Shown: one piece after another, positions 38,576-48,135 of the stretch
Layout of the letters: every line of letters starts with the position of its first letter
Numbering within the stretch: position 1 is the first letter of the stretch
IMG/VR virus record: IMGVR_UViG_3300032050_000069
Length of the DNA: 64,000 bases
Reading direction: 5' to 3' (one strand)
Origin: a virus
Taxonomy: Duplodnaviria; Heunggongvirae; Uroviricota; Caudoviricetes
Notes under the pieces: generated by a model
What the model saw: the letters and a program-made list of their open reading frames with translations, nothing else
Databases searched by the model: none
Told to the model about the DNA's origin: nothing
Program-made: the position numbers and the translations under genes

Positions 38576-38980
38576 ATGGAACAAAGAAAGTATTTACCAA
38601 CATTGGCTGAACTAATTGATAGATTGAGTATAATTCAGTTAAAGGAAGTTTTCATTACCGAACATAAGGAAGAATATGCAAAAGAAATTGCAGACATTGT
38701 GCATGATATAAACCTATGTTTGAAAGAAAGTAAAGAGGAATTGACGGGGGAAACGATAAGAGCAATAGTTGTTTTATCACAAATGAATCTACACATATGG
38801 ACAAACGAAACTAATGTGAGAAATGGTTCGGAAGGGCCAAATAAGTTAGCTCTAACGCATGGCTTAAATGGTATTCGAAACACCGCTAAGAATCGGATAC
38901 AAGAAGTAGTAGGTGGTAGAAAGGATTATAAGATTGATTGTTTAGCATCAGAATTTAAAGACTGGGAAATCAGTTGGTAA
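38576..38980 (+). CDS. hypothetical protein
   Basis: 134-aa ORF inside the modification cluster. Confidence 0.3.
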   Translation: MEQRKYLPTLAELIDRLSIIQLKEVFITEHKEEYAKEIADIVHDINLCLKESKEELTGETIRAIVVLSQMNLHIWTNETNVRNGSEGPNKLALTHGLNGIRNTAKNRIQEVVGGRKDYKIDCLASEFKDWEISW

Positions 38981-38993
38981 AATATATATCATT

Positions 38994-39728
38994 ATGAGAA
39001 TTTTAGTTATAGGAGATAGTTGCACCGATATATTCATTTATGGAAACGCAACTCGTTTATGTCCAGAAGCACCTGCACCAGTATTTGAGCCATCAAGAAC
39101 GGTAACAAACGATGGTATGGCCGGAAACGTTAGGGCAAATTTAGAATCATTAGGAGCAAAGGTTGAGTTAATTACCAACAAAGAGCAAATCACTAAAACT
39201 AGGTATGTAGATGTTAAATCAAACCAAATGTTTATTAGAGTGGATACATTGGATAAGGTGAAATCTGCATTTGACATTAATAGAGTAAATTGGGATGTTG
39301 ATGCTGTGGTGGTATCAGATTACGATAAAGGATTCTTAACCGAAAGTGATATACACTCAATAAGTGGAAGGCATCCTCTTACATTTATTGATACAAAAAA
39401 GCCGATAAACCTACAAACCTTTTCAGATTACACTTATATAAAAATGAATGAATTTGAATGGGAGTTGTGTGAAAAGAAAGGAGCTAAGTATGTTGATTGG
39501 GCAGATAAACTTATTATAACAATGAGTGAGAGAGGTTGCCTTTATCAAAATGAAGTGTTTCCGGTAAATAGAGATATAGAGGTAAGAGATTTAAGTGGTG
39601 CGGGTGATACATTTATGGCATCATTAGTATTCAAATATGTGGAAACAAAGGATTTAAAGGAATCAATTAAATTCGCTAATGAGTGTGCAACGAAAGTTGT
39701 TCAAAAAAGAGGTGTCACCACAATATGA
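38994..39728 (+). CDS. PfkB-family carbohydrate kinase (ribokinase / RfaE-domain-I-like)
   Basis: N-terminal MRILVIGDSCTDIF. C-terminal DLSGAGDTF (the PfkB GAGD anion-hole motif). Confidence 0.55.
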   Translation: MRILVIGDSCTDIFIYGNATRLCPEAPAPVFEPSRTVTNDGMAGNVRANLESLGAKVELITNKEQITKTRYVDVKSNQMFIRVDTLDKVKSAFDINRVNWDVDAVVVSDYDKGFLTESDIHSISGRHPLTFIDTKKPINLQTFSDYTYIKMNEFEWELCEKKGAKYVDWADKLIITMSERGCLYQNEVFPVNRDIEVRDLSGAGDTFMASLVFKYVETKDLKESIKFANECATKVVQKRGVTTI

Positions 39729-40705
39729 AACAAATAGATTTTTTTGGTTGTAGTTTCACCGAAGCACCAATGTGGGAAATGAATCCCAAATTAGGTGAGT
39801 TGGATATACTACTATATTCAATGCATACTCAATCTACAAAGCCGGTAAGTAATTTTTTAGAATTTGATTTGGCTTATAATAATCAAAGTGGATACAAAGT
39901 AAATAATTTTGGGGGAGGTAGTTTTGGAAATCATGTTATAAAAGAGATTCTTAAAAATAGAATTAAAAACTCCAATACAAAGGAAGGGGTAGCTATTGTT
40001 CAATTAAGTGCTTTATTAAGAAATACACAAAGTTATGAAAATATATTTACCTCACCATACTCCTCTTTGACCAAATCCCAAAAGTATGGCATTACTGAAT
40101 TTAATATAATAGGAGGAAATGTCCGAAATGATTATTTTGTTGAAACTGATAATTTAGAAGATTACTATAATTTACATATAAAAAATATAGAAGAAATTGT
40201 AGATTTATTAAAAACAAATTATTCAAATTATTTTATACATTTTGGTTGGGATGTTTCAACAAAAGAATTTGAAAGGTTATGGGGAAAATCTGATATAAAA
40301 AATTATGTTCAAACTTATGAATATGAATACCCTATTAATCATCTAGCATATTTTGAAAATCAATCAAAATACAGCATAGTTACGAAAAAATGTAAAGGTA
40401 ATATGGGGGGGATGTTAGATTATTCCGCAAACCATTTGGAAGAATCTTTAAGATATGTCCATCTGACATTAGACCATCATCCATCATACTTTTCTAATAA
40501 AATCTTTTATAAAGGTGTTATAAAACCATTTTTATCAAAACTAATAAATTTAGAAAAGGATTATTTTGAAGAAGATAATTTATTAAAATTTGAAGAATTC
40601 TTAAAAGTTTTATTGCCTACAAAAGAAAGCACCGATGGTAAGATTTATGGAGAGATGCAGGTAAAAATAGTAAATTACATTAAAAATTCTATCACAAATA
40701 AGTAA
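39725..40705 (+). CDS. SGNH/GDSL-like hydrolase family paralog
   Basis: ATG at 39725 overlaps the kinase stop (ATGA). MKQIDFFGCSFTEAPMW. Confidence 0.35.
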   Translation: MKQIDFFGCSFTEAPMWEMNPKLGELDILLYSMHTQSTKPVSNFLEFDLAYNNQSGYKVNNFGGGSFGNHVIKEILKNRIKNSNTKEGVAIVQLSALLRNTQSYENIFTSPYSSLTKSQKYGITEFNIIGGNVRNDYFVETDNLEDYYNLHIKNIEEIVDLLKTNYSNYFIHFGWDVSTKEFERLWGKSDIKNYVQTYEYEYPINHLAYFENQSKYSIVTKKCKGNMGGMLDYSANHLEESLRYVHLTLDHHPSYFSNKIFYKGVIKPFLSKLINLEKDYFEEDNLLKFEEFLKVLLPTKESTDGKIYGEMQVKIVNYIKNSITNK

Positions 40706-40706
40706 T

Positions 40707-41933
40707 ATGAAAAATTTGGTATTTTACAAATATGCACCTAATCATAATGAAAATTTAGAATTTGATGATTTTCATTTAGATTCCATCCATCAACCAGAGA
40801 GAGAATTTTTTAAAGCAAGAAAAGATTATTTTTATTCTTTTTTATCTGATTACAATATTATAGAAAATGAAAAAGAAATAAATGGGTTAGATAAATTCTA
40901 TTTAATTATAGGCTTTGATGATTCATTTAGGCAATTATTTTCATTACCAAATAGAAAAGATTTTACTGATTTAGTTTCAAATAATATAACCAAAATAAAA
41001 AAGGTAATATTTTGGGAAATGGATACTGATTGGACAAATTATACTTTAATGGAGTATAAAGAAAATTTTGTTAAATTTAATAGTTATTTTTCAGAATTAA
41101 AATTACCATATAAATTATTTTCAACTGTTTTTAAATTTAAATATGATAGTGATGTGGGTTATTTTGCAGCTCAGAATGCTATGACAATTGAAAAATTAGA
41201 TAATGAGTTATTGAAAAATGATTACTTTGATGCTAACTATAATAAAGAAAAAACAAAGTATTTCTATTCTGCGGCTAATAGTATAAACACCGATAGAATG
41301 CATTACTATAAATTTGTAGATGATAATAATCTATGGGATAAAAATAATTTGGCATTCTTTTCAACTTATAGAAATAATGAATTAGGGCAAGGATTTAACT
41401 ACTCACAAATTGTATATGATTACAATAGAGGTAAGGGTGGATTGGTGGAAATCGATGATTCATATATCTTTAAGCCAAAACCATTTGATGATGAAGAGTT
41501 TAAAACGATGGAGTATTCGTTATTAACCAATCTAAATAGATATAGTGATTCTCTTTTTGAAATGGTTTTTGAAACTATGTATGAATCATGTGAAGGGCAA
41601 ATTATACAAACATCGGAAAAAACTTTAAAACCATTTATTCAAAAAAAACCATTTCTTACATTCTCATATACTAATATGTTAAGTGAATTAAAAAAGTTAG
41701 GTTTTAAAACTTTTGATTTTATTTTTGATGAGAGCTATGATGAATTGGCAGACCATACAAATCGTCTTTATTACATATTAGACGAATATAAAACTATTTG
41801 TGATAGAGATATAAAAGAATTACATAATATAGTGAAGGAGAACTATGATGTTTTAGACCATAATTATAATAATATGATTACGATTTTAAATAAATTCAAA
41901 TCAGATTTCATAAACGAAATAGAAAATGGGTAA
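40707..41933 (+). CDS. putative glycosyltransferase, GT10-like paralog
   Basis: FEMVFETMYESCEGQIIQTSEKTLK motif. C-terminal homology with the 36149 ORF. Confidence 0.35.
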   Translation: MKNLVFYKYAPNHNENLEFDDFHLDSIHQPEREFFKARKDYFYSFLSDYNIIENEKEINGLDKFYLIIGFDDSFRQLFSLPNRKDFTDLVSNNITKIKKVIFWEMDTDWTNYTLMEYKENFVKFNSYFSELKLPYKLFSTVFKFKYDSDVGYFAAQNAMTIEKLDNELLKNDYFDANYNKEKTKYFYSAANSINTDRMHYYKFVDDNNLWDKNNLAFFSTYRNNELGQGFNYSQIVYDYNRGKGGLVEIDDSYIFKPKPFDDEEFKTMEYSLLTNLNRYSDSLFEMVFETMYESCEGQIIQTSEKTLKPFIQKKPFLTFSYTNMLSELKKLGFKTFDFIFDESYDELADHTNRLYYILDEYKTICDRDIKELHNIVKENYDVLDHNYNNMITILNKFKSDFINEIENG

Positions 41934-42609
41934 AATACTTTTTTTAGGTGATAGTTTTACTTGGGGACAGGGTTTGTATTTTTACAAATGGAAAGAGGAG
42001 GGTAGAGAACTACCAACTAATATAGGAGGTATGTATCCTAGTCATTCCGATTTAATTAGAGAGCAGGATTTAGTATATAAAGATAAATTATCCTTTACAG
42101 GTTTAGTATCCGATTACTATAATTTAGAACCAATAAAAAGAAATAAAAATGGCGGTAGTAATACCGATATATTATTAGATACTATCCCTTTAATAGATAC
42201 TTATAATAATTCTATACAAAAATTAGTATTTCAATTTACAACTATAAGTAGATACCAATTTAGAGATTTAAACATCGTTGATGATGATTCAATAAACCCA
42301 TCGTTTAATGATATGTTTGAGCAAAGGGCATTTAACTTTTATAAATTTATCGATGGGATACTAAAATACTATTCAGAGCTATATAAATTTCAATACTGTT
42401 TTATGGATTGGTTGGGTGATTTTTACAAATTCCAACCACATAAATTTGTTAAGTATTTATATAATGAAAAAAATCATTATTGTTTCAATCCATTATTAAA
42501 TGAGTATAAAATAGATATCGATATTAATAATCATAAAATTATTGATTTACATTTAAATAAAGATGCACAACATATATTATCAACTTCAATTATCAAACAC
42601 TTCGGATAA
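41926..42609 (+). CDS. SGNH/GDSL-like hydrolase paralog
   Basis: MGKILFLGDSFTWGQGLYF. Confidence 0.4.
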   Translation: MGKILFLGDSFTWGQGLYFYKWKEEGRELPTNIGGMYPSHSDLIREQDLVYKDKLSFTGLVSDYYNLEPIKRNKNGGSNTDILLDTIPLIDTYNNSIQKLVFQFTTISRYQFRDLNIVDDDSINPSFNDMFEQRAFNFYKFIDGILKYYSELYKFQYCFMDWLGDFYKFQPHKFVKYLYNEKNHYCFNPLLNEYKIDIDINNHKIIDLHLNKDAQHILSTSIIKHFG

Positions 42610-43348
42610 CTCAAAAGAAATAGTCTTTATAGGAGATAGTTTCACTTGGGGACAGGGCCTATATTTAGACTATTGGAAAGAAAATAGACCAGAACTATTT
42701 GAAAAGTTTTATGCTAATACAATAGAAAATGAAACACACTTACAGTGGATTGATCAGCAAGAATTTATTGGAAAAGAAGAAATGATTATTAAAGATAATT
42801 TATCATTTACCAATAAAGTAGGTGAATCGTTGGGTAGAAAAGTATATAAGAAAAAATATAATGGTGGGAGTATAACATCGAATAGACAGCTTTTAGAAAA
42901 CTTTTATAAATTAGAATCTGAAAAAAGAGATGTTATTTTAATTTTCCAATTTACATCTTTGGGGAGAGAGGATTTTGGTATAATTACTGATGAAGAATTC
43001 AGTAGGTATAATTTACTAATACATCGGCCTGATTCTGTTGTAAGAGAAATATTAAAAGATAGAATATACTCAATTTATAAATCCATAGATTCAATTATTG
43101 ATAATTTAGAAACTGAATTGGGTTGGAGATGCTACTATTTGGATTGGTTAGGAGATTTCTCTGAATTTGATGAAAAAAATAGATTTATTAAAATAAATGA
43201 TAATACATCCTTTTTTAATTTGGTTTTAAACAATCCAATAAAAATTGAATACAAAGATAAAATTTTCTATGATTATCATTTAAATAGAAAAGGAAATATA
43301 ATACTCGCGGAATCTATCTTAAAAAAAATAAATTTGGAAAATTCATAA
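42563..43348 (+). CDS. SGNH/GDSL-like hydrolase paralog (tandem duplicate, overlaps previous gene by 47 nt in another frame)
   Basis: KEIVFIGDSFTWGQGLYL. Own start codon upstream of the GDS block. Confidence 0.4.
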   Translation: MHNIYYQLQLSNTSDNSKEIVFIGDSFTWGQGLYLDYWKENRPELFEKFYANTIENETHLQWIDQQEFIGKEEMIIKDNLSFTNKVGESLGRKVYKKKYNGGSITSNRQLLENFYKLESEKRDVILIFQFTSLGREDFGIITDEEFSRYNLLIHRPDSVVREILKDRIYSIYKSIDSIIDNLETELGWRCYYLDWLGDFSEFDEKNRFIKINDNTSFFNLVLNNPIKIEYKDKIFYDYHLNRKGNIILAESILKKINLENS

Positions 43349-43369
43349 TTATTTTGTATATTTGAATAA

Positions 43370-43702
43370 ATGTTTTTTATTATGAAAGAATGGATAAGTA
43401 AATACCAAAAGGCGATAGTTGGAACTGGTGCAGTATCAGTTTTATTAATTTGTTATTTTCAACAACAACAAATGGCCAAATTACGAAGTGAATTAAAAGA
43501 GCTACGATATCTTAATGGGGGTGATATAGTAAAGGGAAGATATATCGATTCATTGCAGAATGTAACTGATAGTTTAAGTGGTGATAATTTCCATTTAAAC
43601 ACTATAATTTTTAGATATGAATTGACTTTGGAGAATCTTAAAGAGGAGAACCCAAATGCCGCCAAAGAATTTGAAAACTTTTTTAACACACAAACAGAAT
43701 AG
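43370..43702 (+). CDS. membrane-anchored hypothetical protein
   Basis: TM segment AIVGTGAVSVLLICYF. Confidence 0.3.
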   Translation: MFFIMKEWISKYQKAIVGTGAVSVLLICYFQQQQMAKLRSELKELRYLNGGDIVKGRYIDSLQNVTDSLSGDNFHLNTIIFRYELTLENLKEENPNAAKEFENFFNTQTE

Positions 43703-43828
43703 AACAATGAAAAATTTATTAAAAAAGATTGAAAAATGGTATGATTTAAATGTTGTTTATTTCTTATTTAATGGAAATAAAACTTACCGTTATCATGCAT
43801 ACCTAAAAAATAAATACGGAAACGATTT

Positions 43829-44305
43829 ATGAAAAAAGAAAAAATATATCTTTATCTAGATGATGTAAGGATACCAACTGAATTGAGTTGGGAAGTGGTT
43901 AGGAATTATGATGAGTTCGTTGCTCATATTCGTCTAAATGGTTTAGAGAATTATGAAGTTATTTCCCTAGATCATGATTTAGGTGAAGGTGCTATGCAGG
44001 AATACTATACTAATGTAAAACCAAACTACGAATTGGATTACAAAAGGATTGAAGAAAAGACAGGTATGGATTGTGCACGATTTTTAGTGGCGGAAAGCAT
44101 TACTAGAGGCATACCATTACCACAAATTTATGTTCATTCTGCTAATCCAATTGGAACTCACAATATATTAGGATATGTAAACAATTATTTGAGAAATCAA
44201 AGATTGCCAGAAACTTGTATAAAGGCAAAAATCGAACATACATATACTGAATTCCTTACCGAAGAAGAGAGAGTAAGAAGGTATAAAATAATGAAAGGAG
44301 AATAA
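43829..44305 (+). CDS. hypothetical protein with conserved acidic DD...DHD motifs
   Basis: IYLYLDDVRIPT ... VISLDHDLG. Possibly a receiver/phosphoesterase-like fold, unverified. Confidence 0.25.
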   Translation: MKKEKIYLYLDDVRIPTELSWEVVRNYDEFVAHIRLNGLENYEVISLDHDLGEGAMQEYYTNVKPNYELDYKRIEEKTGMDCARFLVAESITRGIPLPQIYVHSANPIGTHNILGYVNNYLRNQRLPETCIKAKIEHTYTEFLTEEERVRRYKIMKGE

Positions 44306-44608
44306 ATGGCTACTAAACCTAAACCAATACCCGGTATATTCCATTTAGGAGATGGAGCACATCTAACCGTAAAAAGTTCGACTGTGGTAGAAATGCGTGA
44401 CCATTTAAAACTTATGGTTGCGGATAATAAAAGTGTGGATTTAGATGTGGTTATAAGAGCAGATTTTGAAAAGATACCACCAAACTATCACCACCTATTT
44501 ATGCAGATGATGTCGGTAAGATATGGTGGGATTGTAAATATTTGGGATAACTCACATCCATTTTCTAAACCGGTTGAAAAAAAGAAATGGTGGCAGTTTT
44601 GGAAATGA
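44306..44608 (+). CDS. hypothetical protein
   Basis: 100-aa ORF, ATGG-adjacent to the previous stop. Confidence 0.3.
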   Translation: MATKPKPIPGIFHLGDGAHLTVKSSTVVEMRDHLKLMVADNKSVDLDVVIRADFEKIPPNYHHLFMQMMSVRYGGIVNIWDNSHPFSKPVEKKKWWQFWK

Positions 44609-44640
44609 TAGTAGTATATATTTAATAGTAAATAAACTTT

Positions 44641-45243
44641 ATGAAACATTTGCTATTAATTTCGTTATTATCCTTCTTTACAACTGTTGGTTATTCACAA
44701 GATGTAAGGATTAAAAATAATGTGTTTGAAACACTTTATTCTCAATCATTAGAACAACCATTATGGATTAGGTATCGTTCTATAAATCGACCTACAAATG
44801 TGAATAGGGGAACTATGGATTTCTATAAAGAACCTAATGTTAAAACATCGGATGCGGAAGATTATGTGAAGAACATTTATGATAAGGGACATGGAGCACC
44901 AGCCGCATCGTTCTCCGATAATATGGAGAACTTAAAGCAAACATTCTCTTATTTGAATTGTATATTACAGGATCAATATCTTAATAGAGGAGAGTGGAGA
45001 TTGTTAGAGGAGCAAGAAAGAAAGTGGGATGATGTTGAAAATCTGACGGTGTTAATAACATTACACTTTGATAATCCTGTTAGAAGAATCGCAACAAACG
45101 CTGCAATTCCAGCTTATTTAGAAAAACACATATATTTTGAAAAATCAGGTAAATGGAGATGTTTTGTGTTTTTGAATGAAAGGCCTAAATATAAGTGGGA
45201 ACAATTGGAAAAACTTTGCGAAACAAAAGAACATAATAAATAA
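44641..45243 (+). CDS. secreted DNA/RNA non-specific endonuclease (beta-beta-alpha-Me, DRGH-type)
   Basis: Signal peptide MKHLLLISLLSFFTTVGYSQ. DKGHGAPAASFSDN matches the DRGH active-site block. Downstream N (LNCILQDQYLNRGEW). Confidence 0.55.
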   Translation: MKHLLLISLLSFFTTVGYSQDVRIKNNVFETLYSQSLEQPLWIRYRSINRPTNVNRGTMDFYKEPNVKTSDAEDYVKNIYDKGHGAPAASFSDNMENLKQTFSYLNCILQDQYLNRGEWRLLEEQERKWDDVENLTVLITLHFDNPVRRIATNAAIPAYLEKHIYFEKSGKWRCFVFLNERPKYKWEQLEKLCETKEHNK

Positions 45244-45641
45244 TGGCGTATAGTCAAAAAGTGCTTGGGCACTATGAAAACCCAAAGAATGTAGGAACGT
45301 TAGATAAGAGTAAATCAAATGTTGGAACGGGATTGGTTGGAGCACCGGAATGTGGTGATGTAATGAGATTGCAGATTGAAGTAAATGATGGTGTAATAAC
45401 TGATGCTAAGTTTAAAACTTTTGGATGTGGTTCGGCGATTGCAGCTTCATCATTAGCCACCGAATGGTTAAAAGGTAAATCAATTGATGAGGCACTTACA
45501 ATTGATAATATGGATTTAGTTGAAGAATTGGCCTTACCACCTGTAAAAATCCATTGCAGTGTTTTGGCGGAGGATGCAATTAAATCTGCGATAAATGATT
45601 ATAGAGTTAAACAAGGATTAGAACAATTAAATTTTGAATAA
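45243..45641 (+). CDS. iscU: Fe-S cluster assembly scaffold IscU/NifU-like
   Basis: YSQKVLGHYENPKNVG, GAPECGDVMRLQ, TFGCGSAIAASS, HCSVLAEDAIKSAI contain the three conserved Cys and the LPPVK-HC motif. Confidence 0.8.
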   Translation: MAYSQKVLGHYENPKNVGTLDKSKSNVGTGLVGAPECGDVMRLQIEVNDGVITDAKFKTFGCGSAIAASSLATEWLKGKSIDEALTIDNMDLVEELALPPVKIHCSVLAEDAIKSAINDYRVKQGLEQLNFE

Positions 45642-45964
45642 TGATTACGGTTACAGAAAACGCTTCTAAAAAAGTTAAATCACTTATTGAAGAAAGTGGT
45701 AATACGACACCTTATTTAAGAGTTGCTGTAAAAGGTGGTGGATGTAGTGGATTATCATATGACCTTTCGTTTGATGATGATGTTAAACCATCGGATATGC
45801 AGTTTGAGGATAAAGATGTAAAAATTTTAGTAGATGGTAAATCGTTTATGTATTTGTTTGGAACTGAATTAGATTTTTCTGATGGATTAAATGGAAAAGG
45901 ATTTGAATTTAAGAATCCAAATGCAAGTAGAACCTGTGGATGTGGTGAATCATTCTCTTTGTAA
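45641..45964 (+). CDS. iscA: A-type Fe-S carrier IscA/HesB-like
   Basis: KGGGCSGLSYDL ... CGCGESF C-terminal CxC motif of the HesB/IscA family. Confidence 0.75.
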   Translation: MITVTENASKKVKSLIEESGNTTPYLRVAVKGGGCSGLSYDLSFDDDVKPSDMQFEDKDVKILVDGKSFMYLFGTELDFSDGLNGKGFEFKNPNASRTCGCGESFSL

Positions 45965-46836
45965 TGAATAAATACACTCAATTATATATTAATGGAAGTA
46001 GTCTAAGCTGTGGAGGGGCATTGGGATACCAATCGGCAGCGTGGAGGTATTATACAACTGAATTAGATATAGAAAATTGGGCTACTCAAAAAGAACTATC
46101 CTATGGAAACATATTAGGTTCGATGATGAATTTAGAAGTTATTAACGAAGCAAAAGAGGGTGGTGGGTTAGATAGATTGATAAGAAAAACATATGATTTC
46201 ATCAGCACTAAAACATTAGAAGAGCTATCTAAAATCCTTTTCATATTTGATATACCATTACAACCTGCCAGATTTGAGGTCTATTCCCGAAAACATAGCG
46301 ATTATTTTGCCGTTTCCATTTCTTACAAAGGAGGTAGTGATGTAAATCAATATGATGAAATTGAAATTAGTAGAGATTGGCATGATTCCTGGTTTTCAAA
46401 AGTATCATTCAGTAGAGATTTTTCTAGCCTACATTCAACCATAACATTTGAGGAACTAAAAGAGAATGATGAATTACTAAATAAGATTGTTGATTTCTAT
46501 ATTGATTATGATGTAGAGACGAAAAGATTATTAAGACAATTAACAATGTTTTATTCATTTTTAGATAAATTAAAAATCTCATACATTAGAGACCCAAATG
46601 AAACTATTTTTGCAAGTTCTATTAATTTTGGGGATAGAAACAATACGGCTGAGCTAATTAAAAAACTAAAACTATTTGATTCCACAAATGAAAATGTAAT
46701 TAATTTACCTACCATATGGAATTTAGCAGAAAAGAAAAAGTGGAGAATATTGGATGAAACGCCAGTTTATGATGCCCATTTAGGTTATTTTGGTAATAAA
46801 AAATATGCTGAGTATTTATATGAAAAATTAAAATAA
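45964..46836 (+). CDS. SGNH-like paralog family member (most divergent)
   Basis: YINGSSLSCGGALGY N-terminal block. Confidence 0.3.
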   Translation: MNKYTQLYINGSSLSCGGALGYQSAAWRYYTTELDIENWATQKELSYGNILGSMMNLEVINEAKEGGGLDRLIRKTYDFISTKTLEELSKILFIFDIPLQPARFEVYSRKHSDYFAVSISYKGGSDVNQYDEIEISRDWHDSWFSKVSFSRDFSSLHSTITFEELKENDELLNKIVDFYIDYDVETKRLLRQLTMFYSFLDKLKISYIRDPNETIFASSINFGDRNNTAELIKKLKLFDSTNENVINLPTIWNLAEKKKWRILDETPVYDAHLGYFGNKKYAEYLYEKLK

Positions 46837-46945
46837 TGGCACAAACAAAAAGACAAAAGGTAAATGCAAATCGTAAAAGGATTGCTAAAAAGACCCGTAG
46901 AGAACAACAAAGAAAAGGAATCTTTAAAAAGAAAACTTAATAATC

Positions 46946-46975
46946 AACCCCTTAATTATATAGGGGTTTTTTATT
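46946..46975 (+). terminator. rho-independent terminator
   Basis: aacccct-taattatat-aggggtt hairpin plus T-run. Confidence 0.55.
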
Positions 46976-46993
46976 TGGAATTTACACTTTTTT

Positions 46994-47005
46994 TTCGTAT
47001 ATTTG
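46994..47005 (+). promoter_or_regulatory. class-I promoter-like motif TTCGTATATTTG
   Basis: Recurring element, about 21 nt upstream of the 47027 start. Confidence 0.45.
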
Positions 47006-47026
47006 TAATTACTTAAAAGTATTAGT

Positions 47027-47287
47027 ATGAGTAGATGGCCTGAAAAATCAACTGAAAAACCTCGTAAGTTTCAGCATATCTATAAAGATGATGATGGGGT
47101 AGAATCAATATGGAAATACGATTTAGATAAGTTTCCAAATGGGCCTATTTCGGTAGAAAATAAATTCCCCCCTCACTATGAAAAGGCTTTCCAAAAGAGG
47201 CAAAAGGAAGCTAAGTTGGAAAAAACTAAATCAACATTAGAATTGGCGAAAGAGGGTAAGTTAGGAGTTAATAAAAAGTTTTGGTAA
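47027..47287 (+). CDS. hypothetical protein
   Basis: 86-aa ORF. Confidence 0.3.
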   Translation: MSRWPEKSTEKPRKFQHIYKDDDGVESIWKYDLDKFPNGPISVENKFPPHYEKAFQKRQKEAKLEKTKSTLELAKEGKLGVNKKFW

Positions 47288-47299
47288 AATCAAATATTT

Positions 47300-47311
47300 T
47301 TCGTATATTTG
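47300..47311 (+). promoter_or_regulatory. class-I promoter-like motif TTCGTATATTTG
   Basis: About 14 nt upstream of ATG 47326. Confidence 0.45.
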
Positions 47312-47325
47312 ATAAATTATTTGGC

Positions 47326-47466
47326 ATGAAGGGATTTATTTTTGTGTTTATTTTGTTATGGATTTGGATAGCATACGAAATGTGGAGAGCACCCCATATG
47401 GATGAACAAACGGGAAAAATAATAAAAAAGGCCAAAAGATTTAAAGATTTATTAAAAAAACAATAA
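47326..47466 (+). CDS. small membrane protein
   Basis: MKGFIFVFILLWIWIAYEMW hydrophobic N-terminus. ORF-track start 47281 lies upstream of the promoter motif. Confidence 0.3.
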   Translation: MKGFIFVFILLWIWIAYEMWRAPHMDEQTGKIIKKAKRFKDLLKKQ

Positions 47467-48032
47467 TGGATATAAAAATTACTGATTCGTTTACACATTC
47501 ATTGAGAAGATTAATGTGGCATGAACATTGGTTATATCGTTTTTATGCAACTTTTAGATATGATATACCACTATTCTTTAAGAATGTATGGAGATTTCGT
47601 AGGGAGTTATATAATCACCAATGGTGGGATTATCGATACACTCTAAATATGTTAGAAAAATCACTTTCAATTTTAGAAAAGGGGATTAGGGAAAAGGGTA
47701 TTGAGGCCCATCAGAGTAGAGAATCAAAGTTGGTAGCTATGCAAAGGGCATTAGAGCTACTTCGTAATAATAGAGAAGATAATTATTTGGATAGAGCACA
47801 GGCTGAATTGGGAAATTTAAGTGAGTGGGAGTGGGAAGTTGATGAAAATGGATTACTGATTGATAAGGATACTCCGGAACAAAAGGAACATAACAAAGCG
47901 GTTTTCAAAAGAGCAAATGAAATTCAGGAAAAAGAATGGAAAGAGCTTTGGGAAATAATTAAAGGAACTAAAAATTCAAAGAAATTTGGATGGGCATACG
48001 ATGGAACTGATATGAGGGGTTGGTGGGATTAA
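47466..48032 (+). CDS. hypothetical protein
   Basis: 188 aa, W-rich. Confidence 0.3.
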   Translation: MDIKITDSFTHSLRRLMWHEHWLYRFYATFRYDIPLFFKNVWRFRRELYNHQWWDYRYTLNMLEKSLSILEKGIREKGIEAHQSRESKLVAMQRALELLRNNREDNYLDRAQAELGNLSEWEWEVDENGLLIDKDTPEQKEHNKAVFKRANEIQEKEWKELWEIIKGTKNSKKFGWAYDGTDMRGWWD

Positions 48033-48135
48033 AACAAATAAAAAATGAAAAACTATAAAACAAAATTCTTAGCACTTACAGCAGCAATACTATTTTGGGT
48101 ATTGTGTTATTCTTGCACAGTTTAAATTTAATTAA

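Noticed and set aside
41926-43348. Single SGNH gene interrupted by a frameshift (pseudogene)
   Set aside because: Each half carries its own complete N-terminal GDSFTWGQG block and is of normal length for the family, so this is two tandem genes.
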